From Spirochaetia bacterium (GTDB taxonomy: Bacteria; Spirochaetota; Spirochaetia; SZUA-6; Bin103): 64,000 bases of DNA. The DNA lies in contig CBDBDQ010000005.1 of assembly GCA_965203905.1 (NCBI GenBank), positions 3,296,001-3,360,000 of the forward strand, given 5' to 3'. The position numbers and the translations under genes are program-made. Numbering within the stretch: position 1 is the first letter of the stretch; each line of letters opens with the position of its first letter. Below the pieces are notes generated by a model, which made no database searches, was not told where the DNA came from, and saw nothing but the letters and a program-made list of their open reading frames with translations. This document shows, in pieces, positions 28,522 to 38,579 of this stretch.

Positions 28522-31301
28522 GTCAGCACGGTCACTCGGCGCATGGAGCAGTGCACGGTGGCCGCCATTTTCGGACCAGACCGGCCGAGCTCCGCTGCGA
28601 GTACGCGGTCGATCCGCTGGGGATCGACGCCCGTCAACCGCGGCTGAGCTGGCAGACCCCGGCGGAGCCGTACGGCTACCGGCAATCCGCCTACCGGGTC
28701 GTGGTGGCCGGCAGCATGGCCGCGCTGCGGGCTGGCGACGATCTGCTCTGGGACAGCCGCAAGGTGGCCTCGGAGCGGTCGGTGAACGTCCCCTACGCGG
28801 GGCGCTCGCTGACCAGCGGGGAGCGCTGTTGCTGGGGGGTGCGCACCTGGGACGGGGAGGATCGCGCCAGCGCCTGGAGCGAGGCGGCGTGGTTCGAGCT
28901 GGGGCTGCTGGAGGCGGACGACTGGCAGGGCGCCTGGATCGCCGCGGAGCGCGGAATCTCGGCCCCGCTGCTGCGCACGGAGTTCACCCTGGCGGCGGCG
29001 CCGGTGCGGGCGCGGGTGTACGTGAGCGGCCTGGGCTACTACGAGCTGCGCATCAACGGAGCCAAGGTGGGGCGGCAGGTGCTGGATCCGGCCTCGAGCT
29101 ACTACCACAACGACCTGGAGCTGGAACTGGGCGCACGCGTGCTGTACGCGAGCCACGACGTGACCGGGCACCTGCGCGCGGGTCGCAATGCGATCGGCGT
29201 GATGCTGGGCAACGGGTGGTACGCGGCGGAAGCGGACGTGCCGCCGTCGCCGAGCCATCGCAAGCCCTACGGGGATCGGCCGCAGCTTCTGTTGCAGCTC
29301 GAGGCGGCGCTCACGGACCGAGAGCCGGTGCGGCTGGCGAGCGGCACGGGCTGGAGGGCGAGCGCCGGGCCGGTGCGCTACAACGACTACAGCCACGGGG
29401 AGAGCTACGACGCGCGGCTGGAGCGGGCGGGGTGGGACACGCCGGGCTACGACGACTCCGGCTGGAGCGCGGCGCAGGAGGTGGCGGCCCCGAGCGGGGC
29501 GCTGCGGGCGCAGCCGCTGGCGGCGAGCGAGGTGGTGGAGACGCGGTCGGCGCAGCGCGTGCTGCGGCCGCGTGACGGGGTGGCGGTGTACGACTTCGGG
29601 CAGAACTTCAGCGGCTGGAGCCGGCTGCGGGTAGACGGGAAACGCGGCACGCGGGTGGTGCTGAAGCACGGCGCGCGGGTGTACGAGGACGGCTCGCTGG
29701 ATGCCCGCAGCAACCTGTACGACCTCCACTGCACCCACGTCGCACGCCAGCGCGACAGCTACACGCTGAAGGGAGCGGGGGTGGAGCAGTGGGAGCCGCG
29801 CTTCACGCTTCACGGCTTCCGCTACGTCGAGGTGAGCGGCTGGCCGGGAACGCCCCTGCCGGAGCAGGTGGAAGGGCGGGTGGTACGTAACGCGGTGGAG
29901 CGGGTGGGCAGTTTCCGTTGCTCCAACGAGCTGCTGAACCGGATCCACGAGGCGGCGGTGTGGACCTTCGCCAGCAGTCTGCACGGGTTTCCGCAGGACG
30001 CGGCGGACCGCTCGGAGCGGGTGGGGTGGCTGGGTGACCCGATCCTGGAAGACTACATGTACAACTTCGACACCGCGCAGTTCTGGGCCAAGTGGAGCGA
30101 CGACCTGGGCGACTCGCAGCGCCCGGACGGCAAGCTGCCGGTGATCTCGCCGCTGCACTGGCGCGGCAGCACGTACGACACCTACGGCGACTGCCCGGTG
30201 TGGTGGAGCAGCTATGCGGTGATTGCGTGGTCGCTGTATTGGTTCTACGACGACGAGCGGGTGCTGGCGCGGCACGCGGCCGGGATCGGCCGGCTGGTGG
30301 ACTACCTGGGCACGCGCGCGCAGCAGCACATCGTGGAGTTCGGGCTCGGCGATCACATGGAGCCGCAGGCGGACGGCACCACCAGCTCCAGCCCGCGGCA
30401 CACGCCGCCGGCGCTCACCTCGACGGCGTACTACTACTTCGACGCGCGGGTGGCCTCTCGGGCGGCGGAAATAGCGGGTCGCAGCGCCGAGGCGCGGCGC
30501 TACGCGGCGCTGGCGGAGGAAATCAGGACGGCGTTCAACCGGCGTTTCCTGGATCCGGAGAGCAACCAGTATGCCACCGGGAGCCAGACCTCCAATGCGC
30601 TCCCCCTGGCGCTGGGGCTGGTGCCGGAGGAGCGGGTGGCGGCGGTGCTGGCGAATTTGGTCCGGGAGATCGAGGAGAACCACGGCGGTCACCTGTCGAC
30701 CGGGATGTTGGGCACCAACGCTCTGGTCAACGTGCTGCCGCGGCACGGGGCGGCGGAGCTGATGTACCGTATCGCTACCCAAACCACCTTCCCGAGCTGG
30801 GGTTACATGATCGAGCGGGGCGCGACCACGCTGTGGGAGTCGTGGAGCGACCTCCGGGAAGAGAAGCTGAGCCTGAACATGAAGCTGCTGGGGAGCGTGG
30901 AGAAGTTCTTCTACCGCGACCTGGCGGGGATCCGGGCCACGGCACCGGGGTTCCGGGAGGTGGCGATCGCGCCGCAGGTGGTGGGCGACCTGGAGTGGGC
31001 GCGGGCCCACGTGCGCACGGTACGGGGCGAGATCGCCGTGCACTGGCGGCGCATCGATGGCGCATTCGAGCTGGACCTGACTATCCCCGGCAACGTCACC
31101 GCCGCCGTGACCCTGCCGAAGCTAGGCCTGGCGCAGGTTCAGGTTTCCGAAGGAGAGCGCCCGATCTGGGACTCAGGCATCTCGGTCGCGACCGTGCCAG
31201 GCATCGGCGACTGTGCAGAGAACGCCGAAAACATCACACTCCGCGCCGGCTCCGGCAGCTACCGCCTCCGCCTCACCGGCCACCGGACACGCCGTTCGTG
31301 A
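28518..31301 (+). CDS. Alpha-L-rhamnosidase (GH78)
   Basis: 'LRCEYAVDPLGID', 'SGLGYYELRING', 'DFGQNFSGW', 'FTLHGFRY', 'D...RSERVGWLGD', 'GATTLWESW'. Confidence 0.92.
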   Translation: MSQHGHSAHGAVHGGRHFRTRPAELRCEYAVDPLGIDARQPRLSWQTPAEPYGYRQSAYRVVVAGSMAALRAGDDLLWDSRKVASERSVNVPYAGRSLTSGERCCWGVRTWDGEDRASAWSEAAWFELGLLEADDWQGAWIAAERGISAPLLRTEFTLAAAPVRARVYVSGLGYYELRINGAKVGRQVLDPASSYYHNDLELELGARVLYASHDVTGHLRAGRNAIGVMLGNGWYAAEADVPPSPSHRKPYGDRPQLLLQLEAALTDREPVRLASGTGWRASAGPVRYNDYSHGESYDARLERAGWDTPGYDDSGWSAAQEVAAPSGALRAQPLAASEVVETRSAQRVLRPRDGVAVYDFGQNFSGWSRLRVDGKRGTRVVLKHGARVYEDGSLDARSNLYDLHCTHVARQRDSYTLKGAGVEQWEPRFTLHGFRYVEVSGWPGTPLPEQVEGRVVRNAVERVGSFRCSNELLNRIHEAAVWTFASSLHGFPQDAADRSERVGWLGDPILEDYMYNFDTAQFWAKWSDDLGDSQRPDGKLPVISPLHWRGSTYDTYGDCPVWWSSYAVIAWSLYWFYDDERVLARHAAGIGRLVDYLGTRAQQHIVEFGLGDHMEPQADGTTSSSPRHTPPALTSTAYYYFDARVASRAAEIAGRSAEARRYAALAEEIRTAFNRRFLDPESNQYATGSQTSNALPLALGLVPEERVAAVLANLVREIEENHGGHLSTGMLGTNALVNVLPRHGAAELMYRIATQTTFPSWGYMIERGATTLWESWSDLREEKLSLNMKLLGSVEKFFYRDLAGIRATAPGFREVAIAPQVVGDLEWARAHVRTVRGEIAVHWRRIDGAFELDLTIPGNVTAAVTLPKLGLAQVQVSEGERPIWDSGISVATVPGIGDCAENAENITLRAGSGSYRLRLTGHRTRRS

Positions 31302-31332
31302 TGTCCCCCTCAACTCTGCCTGGAGGAAGCGC

Positions 31333-32607
31333 ATGATCAACGCGCTTTGGTTGGCAGATTTCAAGAGTTTCTCCCGCGTGAGGCTGCGCATGGGGCCGTT
31401 CACGGTGATCGTGGGTGCGAACGCAAGCGGTAAGAGCAATCTCCGAGACGCATTCCGGTTCCTGCACGGTATTGGCCGGGGCTACACTCTGCCGGACATC
31501 ATTGGAGGGAAGTACGGCGCAGGCGGTCAGGTAGAGTGGGAGCAGATTCGGGGTACGGCAAAGGAAATTGTCCGTTTTGGTCAGTCCGAATTCGATCTAG
31601 TCGTCAGAATGACGCTAAACCGCTCGGCGATCGAGTATCGCATCGTCGTGGGCATGGACGATGCAAGATCCGGTGCGTTCAAAGTAACAGCAGAACAACT
31701 GAGCGTCGGGGATTCTCAGATCTACACGAGCTATCCCGGTCATCCCGACCCGATTCAGTACCAGGATGACGACACCCATCTCCTACTCCGCATGGAAAAA
31801 ACCGGGGATAATCGAAAGTACGGGTACCTGATCACGGCGCGGCCTGACCAGCCGGCGTTGACACAGATTCACGAACACAAACGGGTCGTACGCTCGCATA
31901 AGGAATGGGCGTCTCAGGTAGCCCAGAGTCTCGCCGGCATGCGCTTTCTCGATTTGTCACCCGACCGAATGCGGCAGCCGGCGTTTCCGGGTCAGACCGT
32001 ACTTGGCGATAGCGGAGAGAATCTGCCTACCGTGCTGAAAGAGATCTGCGGGAGTGAGCGGCGCAAGAAAACCCTGGTAGAGTGGACCCGAGCGTTGACG
32101 CCGATGGACGTTCATGACTTCGAGTTTCCATCGGATCCGACTACTGGCCGCGTGCAGCTTGTGCTTGTTGAGAGGAACGGCAACAGGGTATCGGCTTACT
32201 CGGCGTCGGACGGTACGCTGCGCTTTCTCGCCATGCTTGCGGCGCTGCTCGGCACGAACCCGGCCCGTCTCTATGTGTTCGAGGAGATCGACAACGGTAT
32301 TCATCCGTCGCGGCAGCAGTTACTGATTGACCTGATCGAGGGGCAGACGGCAAAGGGCGACTATCAGGTAGTCACGACTACTCACTCACCCGATCTGATC
32401 GAGTTGGTCGGTAATGATACGTTTGAGAGCACGTCCGTGGTGTGCCGCTGTCCCGATACGGACGACGCAGAAATCCGGGCGGTTGCGGAGTTACCCAACG
32501 CGAACAAGCTACGTAAATCACAGGGTTTGGGTCGGCTGCACCGGTCCGGTTGGATGGAAAACGCCGTGCTGTTCGAACGAAGCCGACGTGAGGAGAACGC
32601 GACTTGA
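31333..32607 (+). CDS. ABC-type (AAA_21/AAA_15-like) ATPase
   Basis: 'FKSF', Walker A GANASGKS, 'SDGTLRF', Walker B 'FEEIDNGIHP', 'TTHSP'; no membrane domain; lower GC. Confidence 0.88.
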   Translation: MINALWLADFKSFSRVRLRMGPFTVIVGANASGKSNLRDAFRFLHGIGRGYTLPDIIGGKYGAGGQVEWEQIRGTAKEIVRFGQSEFDLVVRMTLNRSAIEYRIVVGMDDARSGAFKVTAEQLSVGDSQIYTSYPGHPDPIQYQDDDTHLLLRMEKTGDNRKYGYLITARPDQPALTQIHEHKRVVRSHKEWASQVAQSLAGMRFLDLSPDRMRQPAFPGQTVLGDSGENLPTVLKEICGSERRKKTLVEWTRALTPMDVHDFEFPSDPTTGRVQLVLVERNGNRVSAYSASDGTLRFLAMLAALLGTNPARLYVFEEIDNGIHPSRQQLLIDLIEGQTAKGDYQVVTTTHSPDLIELVGNDTFESTSVVCRCPDTDDAEIRAVAELPNANKLRKSQGLGRLHRSGWMENAVLFERSRREENAT

Positions 32608-33167
32608 ACGTTCTCATCATTCCTGAGGACTTTCGCTATGATCAGTATATCCTCAGGCCGCTATTCCAACGGCTCTTTCAGTCTCTGAATCGGAGGGCAA
32701 CGGTCACGGTATTGACGGATCCTCTGCTCGGTGGAGTCGATGAAGCGCTGAAATCCGAGCGACTGGAAGAGGTCGTCGAGCAGTATGATGGCATGACTGA
32801 CTTGTTTGTTCTGTGCGTGGACCGGGACGGATATGCTTCACGGCGCCATCGCCTTTCCGCAATCGAACAGGAGTTCGGCAACGCGCCGCGACGGTTCCTT
32901 GCCCAAGACGCCTGGGAGGAGATAGAGACCTGGGTGCTCGCCGGTATAGACCTGCCCACCCCCTGGCGGTGGTCCGAAGTTCGACGTGAAGTGAACGTCA
33001 AGGAGATGTACTTCGACGTACTTGCTCAACAGCTCGGCGTAGCCGACGATCCGGGTCGCGGCCGAAGGACCTTGGGTGAGGAGGCCTCCCGCAACATCGG
33101 GTCAATCCGTCAGAAATGCCGCGAAGACTTCGACCGCCTTGCTCAGCAAATCGGAGACACGGTTTAG
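32604..33167 (+). CDS. TOPRIM-like (DUF4276-like) partner of the ATPase
   Basis: 'IIPED', 'CVDRDG', 'EEIETWVLAG'; TTGA overlap with the ATPase gene. Confidence 0.65.
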   Translation: MNVLIIPEDFRYDQYILRPLFQRLFQSLNRRATVTVLTDPLLGGVDEALKSERLEEVVEQYDGMTDLFVLCVDRDGYASRRHRLSAIEQEFGNAPRRFLAQDAWEEIETWVLAGIDLPTPWRWSEVRREVNVKEMYFDVLAQQLGVADDPGRGRRTLGEEASRNIGSIRQKCREDFDRLAQQIGDTV

Positions 33168-33227
33168 CAACGATCCCTCCGTTAGTCTTCGCGGATTCTT
33201 CCGCGTCTTGGTGTCACCGTTGCGGAT

Positions 33228-36200
33228 TCAGAACAGGGGGAGCTGCAGGTCGTCGGCCGAGGGGCGGGCGGGGCGCCGCGGTGCCTGGCGCAGCTCGCGC
33301 AGCGCGCTCTCGATGTCGGAGACGAAGCCGGACAGGGGGTTCTCCACGGTGTTGCCGAACAGCCGGCGGCGGGCGGCGTGGGTCAGGATCAGGCGCCGGC
33401 GCGCGCGGGTCATGCCGACGTAGAACAGGCGGCGTTCCTCGGCCGGATCGGCGGCGCGGTTGGGCGGCAGGTAGGGCAGCAGGCCCTTCTCGCAGCCGAC
33501 GATGAACACCACCGGGAATTCCAGCCCCTTGGCGGCGTGCAGGCTCATCAGCGCTACCCGGTCGGCGCGCTCGTCGTAGCGGTCGGTCTCGCTTTGCAGG
33601 GCCGCGGCGGTCAGGAAACCGCGGATGCCGGTGCCTGCCCCATCTACGCGCCGCTCCAGGCGGGCGACCCGCTCCAGCTCGGCGGCATCGTAGGCGCGGC
33701 CGCGCAGCTCGGCCCAGCCGGCCGCCGCGATCCCGACCAACTCGCTGACGGAAGCCTGACCGGCGGCGGCCAGCGACCGCACCAGCTCCAGGGTATGTGC
33801 CGCCCGCGCCTCCGGCGCGGAGAGGATTGCCGTACGGTACGGTTCCGGCGTTGCGTTGCCACCGATGCTGTCCGCGGCACCGGAGATCCACGCCACCAGT
33901 TCCTTGAGCGCCGACTCTCTGGCCGCTCCGGCGCCCCGAGCCAGGAGCCGCCACCAGTGGAGGCGGCTGGCCGGCACCTGGGTGAGCCACAGCAGGGAGA
34001 GGATCTCGCGCACCGGCGGCTGCTCGGCCGGGGCGCTCCCACCGGTGGTCTGGTAAGGGATGCCCGAGCGGTCGAACGCCTCCTGCAGCAGCTTCGCCTG
34101 CGCGTTGAGGCGGTAGAGGACGGCAAAGTCGCCGAAGGTGTGGGTCTCGGTCAGGCCGTCGTCCTCCACCCGCCCCGAGTCCAGGGAGAAGTAGCTGGTG
34201 CCGCCCACCATCCGCTCCACCTGGTGCACCACGTACTCCGCCTCCGCCCGGTCTGTGGGTGCGCGGTACACCTCCAGCTTCACCTGCGCGGCGAAGTCGG
34301 CGGTCAGCGCCGTGGCCTGGTGGTCGGGATTGTGCGCGATCACCTGGCCGGCGGCATTCAGAATCCCCTGCGCCGAGCGGTAGTTGCGGTCCAGGTGGAG
34401 GCGCCTCGCACCGGGGAAGTCGTCGCCGAAGGCGAGGAAATAGCGGTGGTCAGCGCCGCGGAAGCCGTAGATCGCCTGATCCGGGTCGCCGATGACGCAG
34501 AGGTTGGCGCGGCCGTCGGCCAGCAGTCGCAGGAACCGGTACTGGGCCGCGTTCACGTCCTGGTACTCGTCCACCGAGATCCAGCGGAAGCGCGCCTGCA
34601 GCGTCCGCCGCACCGCGAGATCGCGCTCCAGCAGGTGCACGGAGCGGACCACGAGGTCGTCCAGGTCCAGGGCACTGGCCTCCGTAAGTGCGGTCTCGTA
34701 ACGCGTTGGAATCTTCGAAAGCTCGGGACTGACCGGACGCCCATCCTCAGCCGGCGAGGCAAGGCCGTTCTTCTGCGCCGAGATGGCCGCGAGCGCCGCC
34801 CGCAGCTCGCCGGCCGGCAGCTCCGGACAGCACTGCCTCAGCAGTAGCCTCCGGTCGGCCTCGTCGAACACGGCGAACGTGGGCGGAATCCCGGCGGCAG
34901 CGGCGAACTCCCGCAGCAGGTCGGCGCCAAGCTGGTGAAAGGTGCCGGCGGTGATCCGTGCCGCCTGCTCCGCTCCCAGCAGTTCGCCGAGCCGTTCGCG
35001 CAGCTCCTCCGCAGCCTTGTTGGTAAAGGTGAGCGCCAGGATCGACGCCGGTGCCGCGTCCAGTTCCCGGATCAGATGGGCGATGCGCACGGTCAGGGTG
35101 CGGGTCTTGCCGGTACCCGGTCCGGCGACGATCGCCAGTGGCCCCTCGGTATGGGTTGCAGCCTCCCGTTGCGCCGGGTTGAGCGCCGCCAGCCATGCGG
35201 ACAGGCCGCCGGGAGGTGCCGCCGTTGTCTGATCCCGCTGCGGGACCTCACCCACCGAGGAAGCTGCGCTACTGGTCACTGCATGGGCTGGTGCCACCGC
35301 CGGCTCCGGCACTTCTGCGTCGAAGTGGGCGGCGGATCGTCCGGGCGCCGCGTGCACTTCTGCGCCGAAGTCGGCAGCCGATGGTCCGGACTCGAACGGC
35401 AGGTCGCGCTCCAGCCCGGTCGCGGCGGGAGCGGTATTCCGCTCCGCATCGGGCGCCGTCTCATGGGTAGCGGATTTACCTTCTACCGTCGCGGGCGCCG
35501 AGGAAACGGCCGGCCGGCCCAACTCGGAGAACATGCCGAGTTGCACCACCGCGGAGCGGTCGGCGTCGTCGTCGAACAGGCGGATCACGCCGTACTCGCC
35601 GTCGTAGCCGCCCTGCGCCCGCACCTCGCCGGCGCGCATGCGGCGGATTCCCTCCCCCAGCACCGCGTCCCCGGCCGCGGCGATCTCCTCCAGGGGCAGC
35701 TCCTGCAGGATGGTCAGCTCCGGCCCCAGCCGCTCCAGCAGGCGCAGGTACTCGCGCTGCACGCGCTTGGACCCGGGACCCACGCCCAGCATCTCGCCCA
35801 GCGCTTCTGGCAGCGGGATGAGGCTGGCGAAGGGCCCGGCGCAGGCGGGACGCGCCCCTTGCGGCCGGTCGGCCAGTTCCTCCATGCGGTGATAGACGCC
35901 CACCGTCACCGGCTTGCCGCAGGCGGAGCAGCGCCCGCCGTGGGCGCGCGTGGTCACCGGCTCCCAGCAGACGCCGCACTTGCGATGCCCGTCCAAGTGG
36001 TACTTGCCCTCCTCGGGGAAGAACTCGATGGTGCCCCGATAGCGCTCCCGGTCGCCGCTGCGCAAAGCATCGAACAGGGCGTCGTAGCTCAGCTCGGTGT
36101 CGAACCGGGTCGCCTCGCGCGCCAGCTTCGGCGGCGAGTGGGCGTCGGAGCTGGAGATCAACGTGTAGTCGTCGAGCCAGGAGACGCGCCAGTTCATCGG

Positions 36201-36812
36201 CGGATCGGAGGAGAGACCGGTCTCCACGGCGAAGATGTGGGGCGTGAGATCGGCATAGCACTCGCGCACCGAGTCGAACCCCGACTTGGAGCCGAGAATC
36301 GAGAACCACGGCGTCCAGATATGGGCGGGGATCAGGTGGCAGCGGGGGTCCACCTGCAGCACGATCTCCAGCAGGTCGCGGCTGTCGAGCCCCAGGATCG
36401 GGCGTCCATCGGAGCGGATGTTGCCGATCTTCTCCAGCTCCACCTGCAGCCGTGCGGTGGCCTCGAAAGACGGCGCGAAGACGATGTTGTGCACCTTGCG
36501 CGTGCGCTCGTACTTCTTGTAGATGTTGCTGATCTCGCCGCCGATCAGGAACCGCACGGTCCCGCGGCACGCCGCCGGCACCTGGTCGGCCAGGCCCGCG
36601 GTGTGTTCCGCCTTGAGCCGGAACAGCCCGGCTTCCGCCGGCTCCAGCTTCTCGCGCAGCTCCGCCAGCCAGCCGGGGTGGGCGATGTCGCCGGTGGCCA
36701 CCACCTGCACCCCCTTGAGCTGCGCCCACTTCCACAGGTGCTCCAGGGTCAGGTTGCGGCTGGTGGCGCGGGAGTAGTGGGAGTGGAGATGGATGTCGGC
36801 GACCAGCTTCAT
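33228..36812 (-). CDS. EndoQ-like PHP-domain nuclease fused to UvrD/PcrA-like SF1 helicase
   Basis: 'ADIHLHSHYSRATS', 'PAHIWTPWFS', 'ETGLSSD', 'SDAHS', 'GKYHLDGHRKC'; helicase 'AGPGTGKT', 'TFTNKAA', 'DEYQD', 'GDPDQAIYGFRGA', 'HAAKGLEF', 'EERRLFYVGMTRA'. Confidence 0.92.
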   Translation of the reverse strand: MKLVADIHLHSHYSRATSRNLTLEHLWKWAQLKGVQVVATGDIAHPGWLAELREKLEPAEAGLFRLKAEHTAGLADQVPAACRGTVRFLIGGEISNIYKKYERTRKVHNIVFAPSFEATARLQVELEKIGNIRSDGRPILGLDSRDLLEIVLQVDPRCHLIPAHIWTPWFSILGSKSGFDSVRECYADLTPHIFAVETGLSSDPPMNWRVSWLDDYTLISSSDAHSPPKLAREATRFDTELSYDALFDALRSGDRERYRGTIEFFPEEGKYHLDGHRKCGVCWEPVTTRAHGGRCSACGKPVTVGVYHRMEELADRPQGARPACAGPFASLIPLPEALGEMLGVGPGSKRVQREYLRLLERLGPELTILQELPLEEIAAAGDAVLGEGIRRMRAGEVRAQGGYDGEYGVIRLFDDDADRSAVVQLGMFSELGRPAVSSAPATVEGKSATHETAPDAERNTAPAATGLERDLPFESGPSAADFGAEVHAAPGRSAAHFDAEVPEPAVAPAHAVTSSAASSVGEVPQRDQTTAAPPGGLSAWLAALNPAQREAATHTEGPLAIVAGPGTGKTRTLTVRIAHLIRELDAAPASILALTFTNKAAEELRERLGELLGAEQAARITAGTFHQLGADLLREFAAAAGIPPTFAVFDEADRRLLLRQCCPELPAGELRAALAAISAQKNGLASPAEDGRPVSPELSKIPTRYETALTEASALDLDDLVVRSVHLLERDLAVRRTLQARFRWISVDEYQDVNAAQYRFLRLLADGRANLCVIGDPDQAIYGFRGADHRYFLAFGDDFPGARRLHLDRNYRSAQGILNAAGQVIAHNPDHQATALTADFAAQVKLEVYRAPTDRAEAEYVVHQVERMVGGTSYFSLDSGRVEDDGLTETHTFGDFAVLYRLNAQAKLLQEAFDRSGIPYQTTGGSAPAEQPPVREILSLLWLTQVPASRLHWWRLLARGAGAARESALKELVAWISGAADSIGGNATPEPYRTAILSAPEARAAHTLELVRSLAAAGQASVSELVGIAAAGWAELRGRAYDAAELERVARLERRVDGAGTGIRGFLTAAALQSETDRYDERADRVALMSLHAAKGLEFPVVFIVGCEKGLLPYLPPNRAADPAEERRLFYVGMTRARRRLILTHAARRRLFGNTVENPLSGFVSDIESALRELRQAPRRPARPSADDLQLPLF

Positions 36813-36980
36813 GTTGTCCGGGGAACTTACTATGGTCGATCTTAGCGCCGCGCGGCGGCTGACAACAGTCGCGCCGCGCGGATGACGGAGGAGTGGGCAA
36901 GGTCGCCCCGTGGCGCCGGAGACCAGGCAACCCGGTGCCAGGGTACGCCCGCCGGACATTAATTCTGAGGAGGTGCGCGC

Positions 36981-38456
36981 GTGACGAAAACAACGGAACG
37001 AGTCAGGGGAGTGAAGCCCCGCATCGGGATTTTCGGCATCGGACTGGCCGCCTACTGGCCGCAATTCCCCGGCTTGAAAGAACAGCTCGAGGGCTACCAG
37101 AGCGTGGTGGAGGAGCGTATCGGAGCGTGGGCCGAGGTGGTGTCAGCGGGGCTGGTGGACTCGGCGCCCGGTGCGGTGGAGGCGGGCAACCTGTTCCAGC
37201 GCCGCCAGGTGGACATGGTCTACTGCTACGTCGGCACCTACGCCACCAGCTCCCAGGTGCTGCCGGCGGTGCAGATCCCGCAGGTGCCGGTGCTGGTGCT
37301 CAACCTGCAGCCCAGCGCCGCGCTGGACTACGAGCGTACCGACACCAAGGAATGGCTGGCCAACTGCTGCGCCTGCTGCGTGCCGGAGATCAGCTGCGCA
37401 TTCACCCGGTGCGACATCGACTTCCACGTGGTGTCGGGAATGCTGGCCGAGGAGCCCGGCTGCGAGGAGCCGGCGCGGCGCGCGTGGGCGCAGATCCGGG
37501 AGTGGACCGAGGCGGCCGGCGTGCAGCGCACCCTGCGCCGCGGCCGCATGGGCGTGCTCGGCCACACCTACCCGGGCATGCTCGACATGTACAGCGACTT
37601 CACCCAGCACCAGGGGCAGCTCGGCACCCACATCGAGATCCTGGAGATGTGCGATCTGGCGGCGCTGGTGCGCGCCGTGACCGAGCGCGAGATCAGGGCC
37701 AAGGAGCAGGAGGCGCTGGCGATCTTCGAGCTGGCCGAGGACTCCCCCTCCGATCCGCTGGCCGTGCGGCCGGACCCGGAGGCGCTCGACTGGGCCTACC
37801 GGGTGGCCGTGGGTCTGGACCGGCTGGTGGCGGAGTTCGACCTCGACGGCCTGACCTACTACTACCGCGGACTGGACCACAACGAGTACGAGCGCATTGC
37901 CGCCGGTTTCGCCCTGGGCTGCTCGCTGCTGACCTCGCGTGGCGTGCCGTGCAGCGGGGAGGGCGATCTGAAGAACTGCCAGGCGATGAAGATCGTCGAC
38001 ACCTTCGGTGCCGGCGGCAGCTACTCGGAGGTCACCGCGATGGACTTCCGCGAGAACTTCATCCTCGCCGGCCACGACGGGCCGTTCCACCTGGACATCT
38101 CCTCGGAACGGCCGTTGCTGCGCGGCCTGGAGCTGTTCCACGGCAAGCATGGTGCGGGCGTCGGAGTCGAGACGCAGGTGCGGCACGGTCCCGTGACCCT
38201 GCTGTCGATGACCCAGACCCGCGGCGGCGACCTCAAGCTGGTGGCGGCGCAGGGCGAGAGCATCCCGGGCCCGGTGCTGCAGATCGGCAACACCGACAGC
38301 CGCCTGCAGTTCAGCCTCGGCCCGGCGGACTTCATCGACGCCTGGTGCGGTGAAGGCCCGACGCACCACTTCGCCCTGGGCGTGGGCCACATCCTGCCCC
38401 GGATCGAGAAGTTCGCCGGCATAGCCGGGCTCGAGCTGCGGGTCATAGCGGCCTGA
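36981..38456 (+). CDS. L-fucose/L-arabinose isomerase family protein
   Basis: 'AYWPQF', 'GHTYPGMLDMYSD', 'GEGD', 'GHDGP', 'GPTHHFALGVGH'. Confidence 0.85.
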   Translation: MTKTTERVRGVKPRIGIFGIGLAAYWPQFPGLKEQLEGYQSVVEERIGAWAEVVSAGLVDSAPGAVEAGNLFQRRQVDMVYCYVGTYATSSQVLPAVQIPQVPVLVLNLQPSAALDYERTDTKEWLANCCACCVPEISCAFTRCDIDFHVVSGMLAEEPGCEEPARRAWAQIREWTEAAGVQRTLRRGRMGVLGHTYPGMLDMYSDFTQHQGQLGTHIEILEMCDLAALVRAVTEREIRAKEQEALAIFELAEDSPSDPLAVRPDPEALDWAYRVAVGLDRLVAEFDLDGLTYYYRGLDHNEYERIAAGFALGCSLLTSRGVPCSGEGDLKNCQAMKIVDTFGAGGSYSEVTAMDFRENFILAGHDGPFHLDISSERPLLRGLELFHGKHGAGVGVETQVRHGPVTLLSMTQTRGGDLKLVAAQGESIPGPVLQIGNTDSRLQFSLGPADFIDAWCGEGPTHHFALGVGHILPRIEKFAGIAGLELRVIAA

Positions 38457-38483
38457 TCGCGAGGGAGGCGCACGCCACGATCG

Positions 38484-38575
38484 CGGCTGGCGGAGGCAGC
38501 CTGCCGGCTGGATCAGTGGCTGAACACGACCGCCTGGTGGCAGTGGACCTGCGGGACGGTGACCGCGACCGAGCC
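38484..38575. repeat. Imperfect direct repeat, copy 1: orphan duplicate of the glycosidase 3' end plus downstream hairpin
   Basis: 38513-38575 (-) reads GSVAVTVPQVHCHQAVVFSH*; 55/63 nt identical to 39706-39768. Confidence 0.8.
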
Positions 38576-38579
38576 CCGC

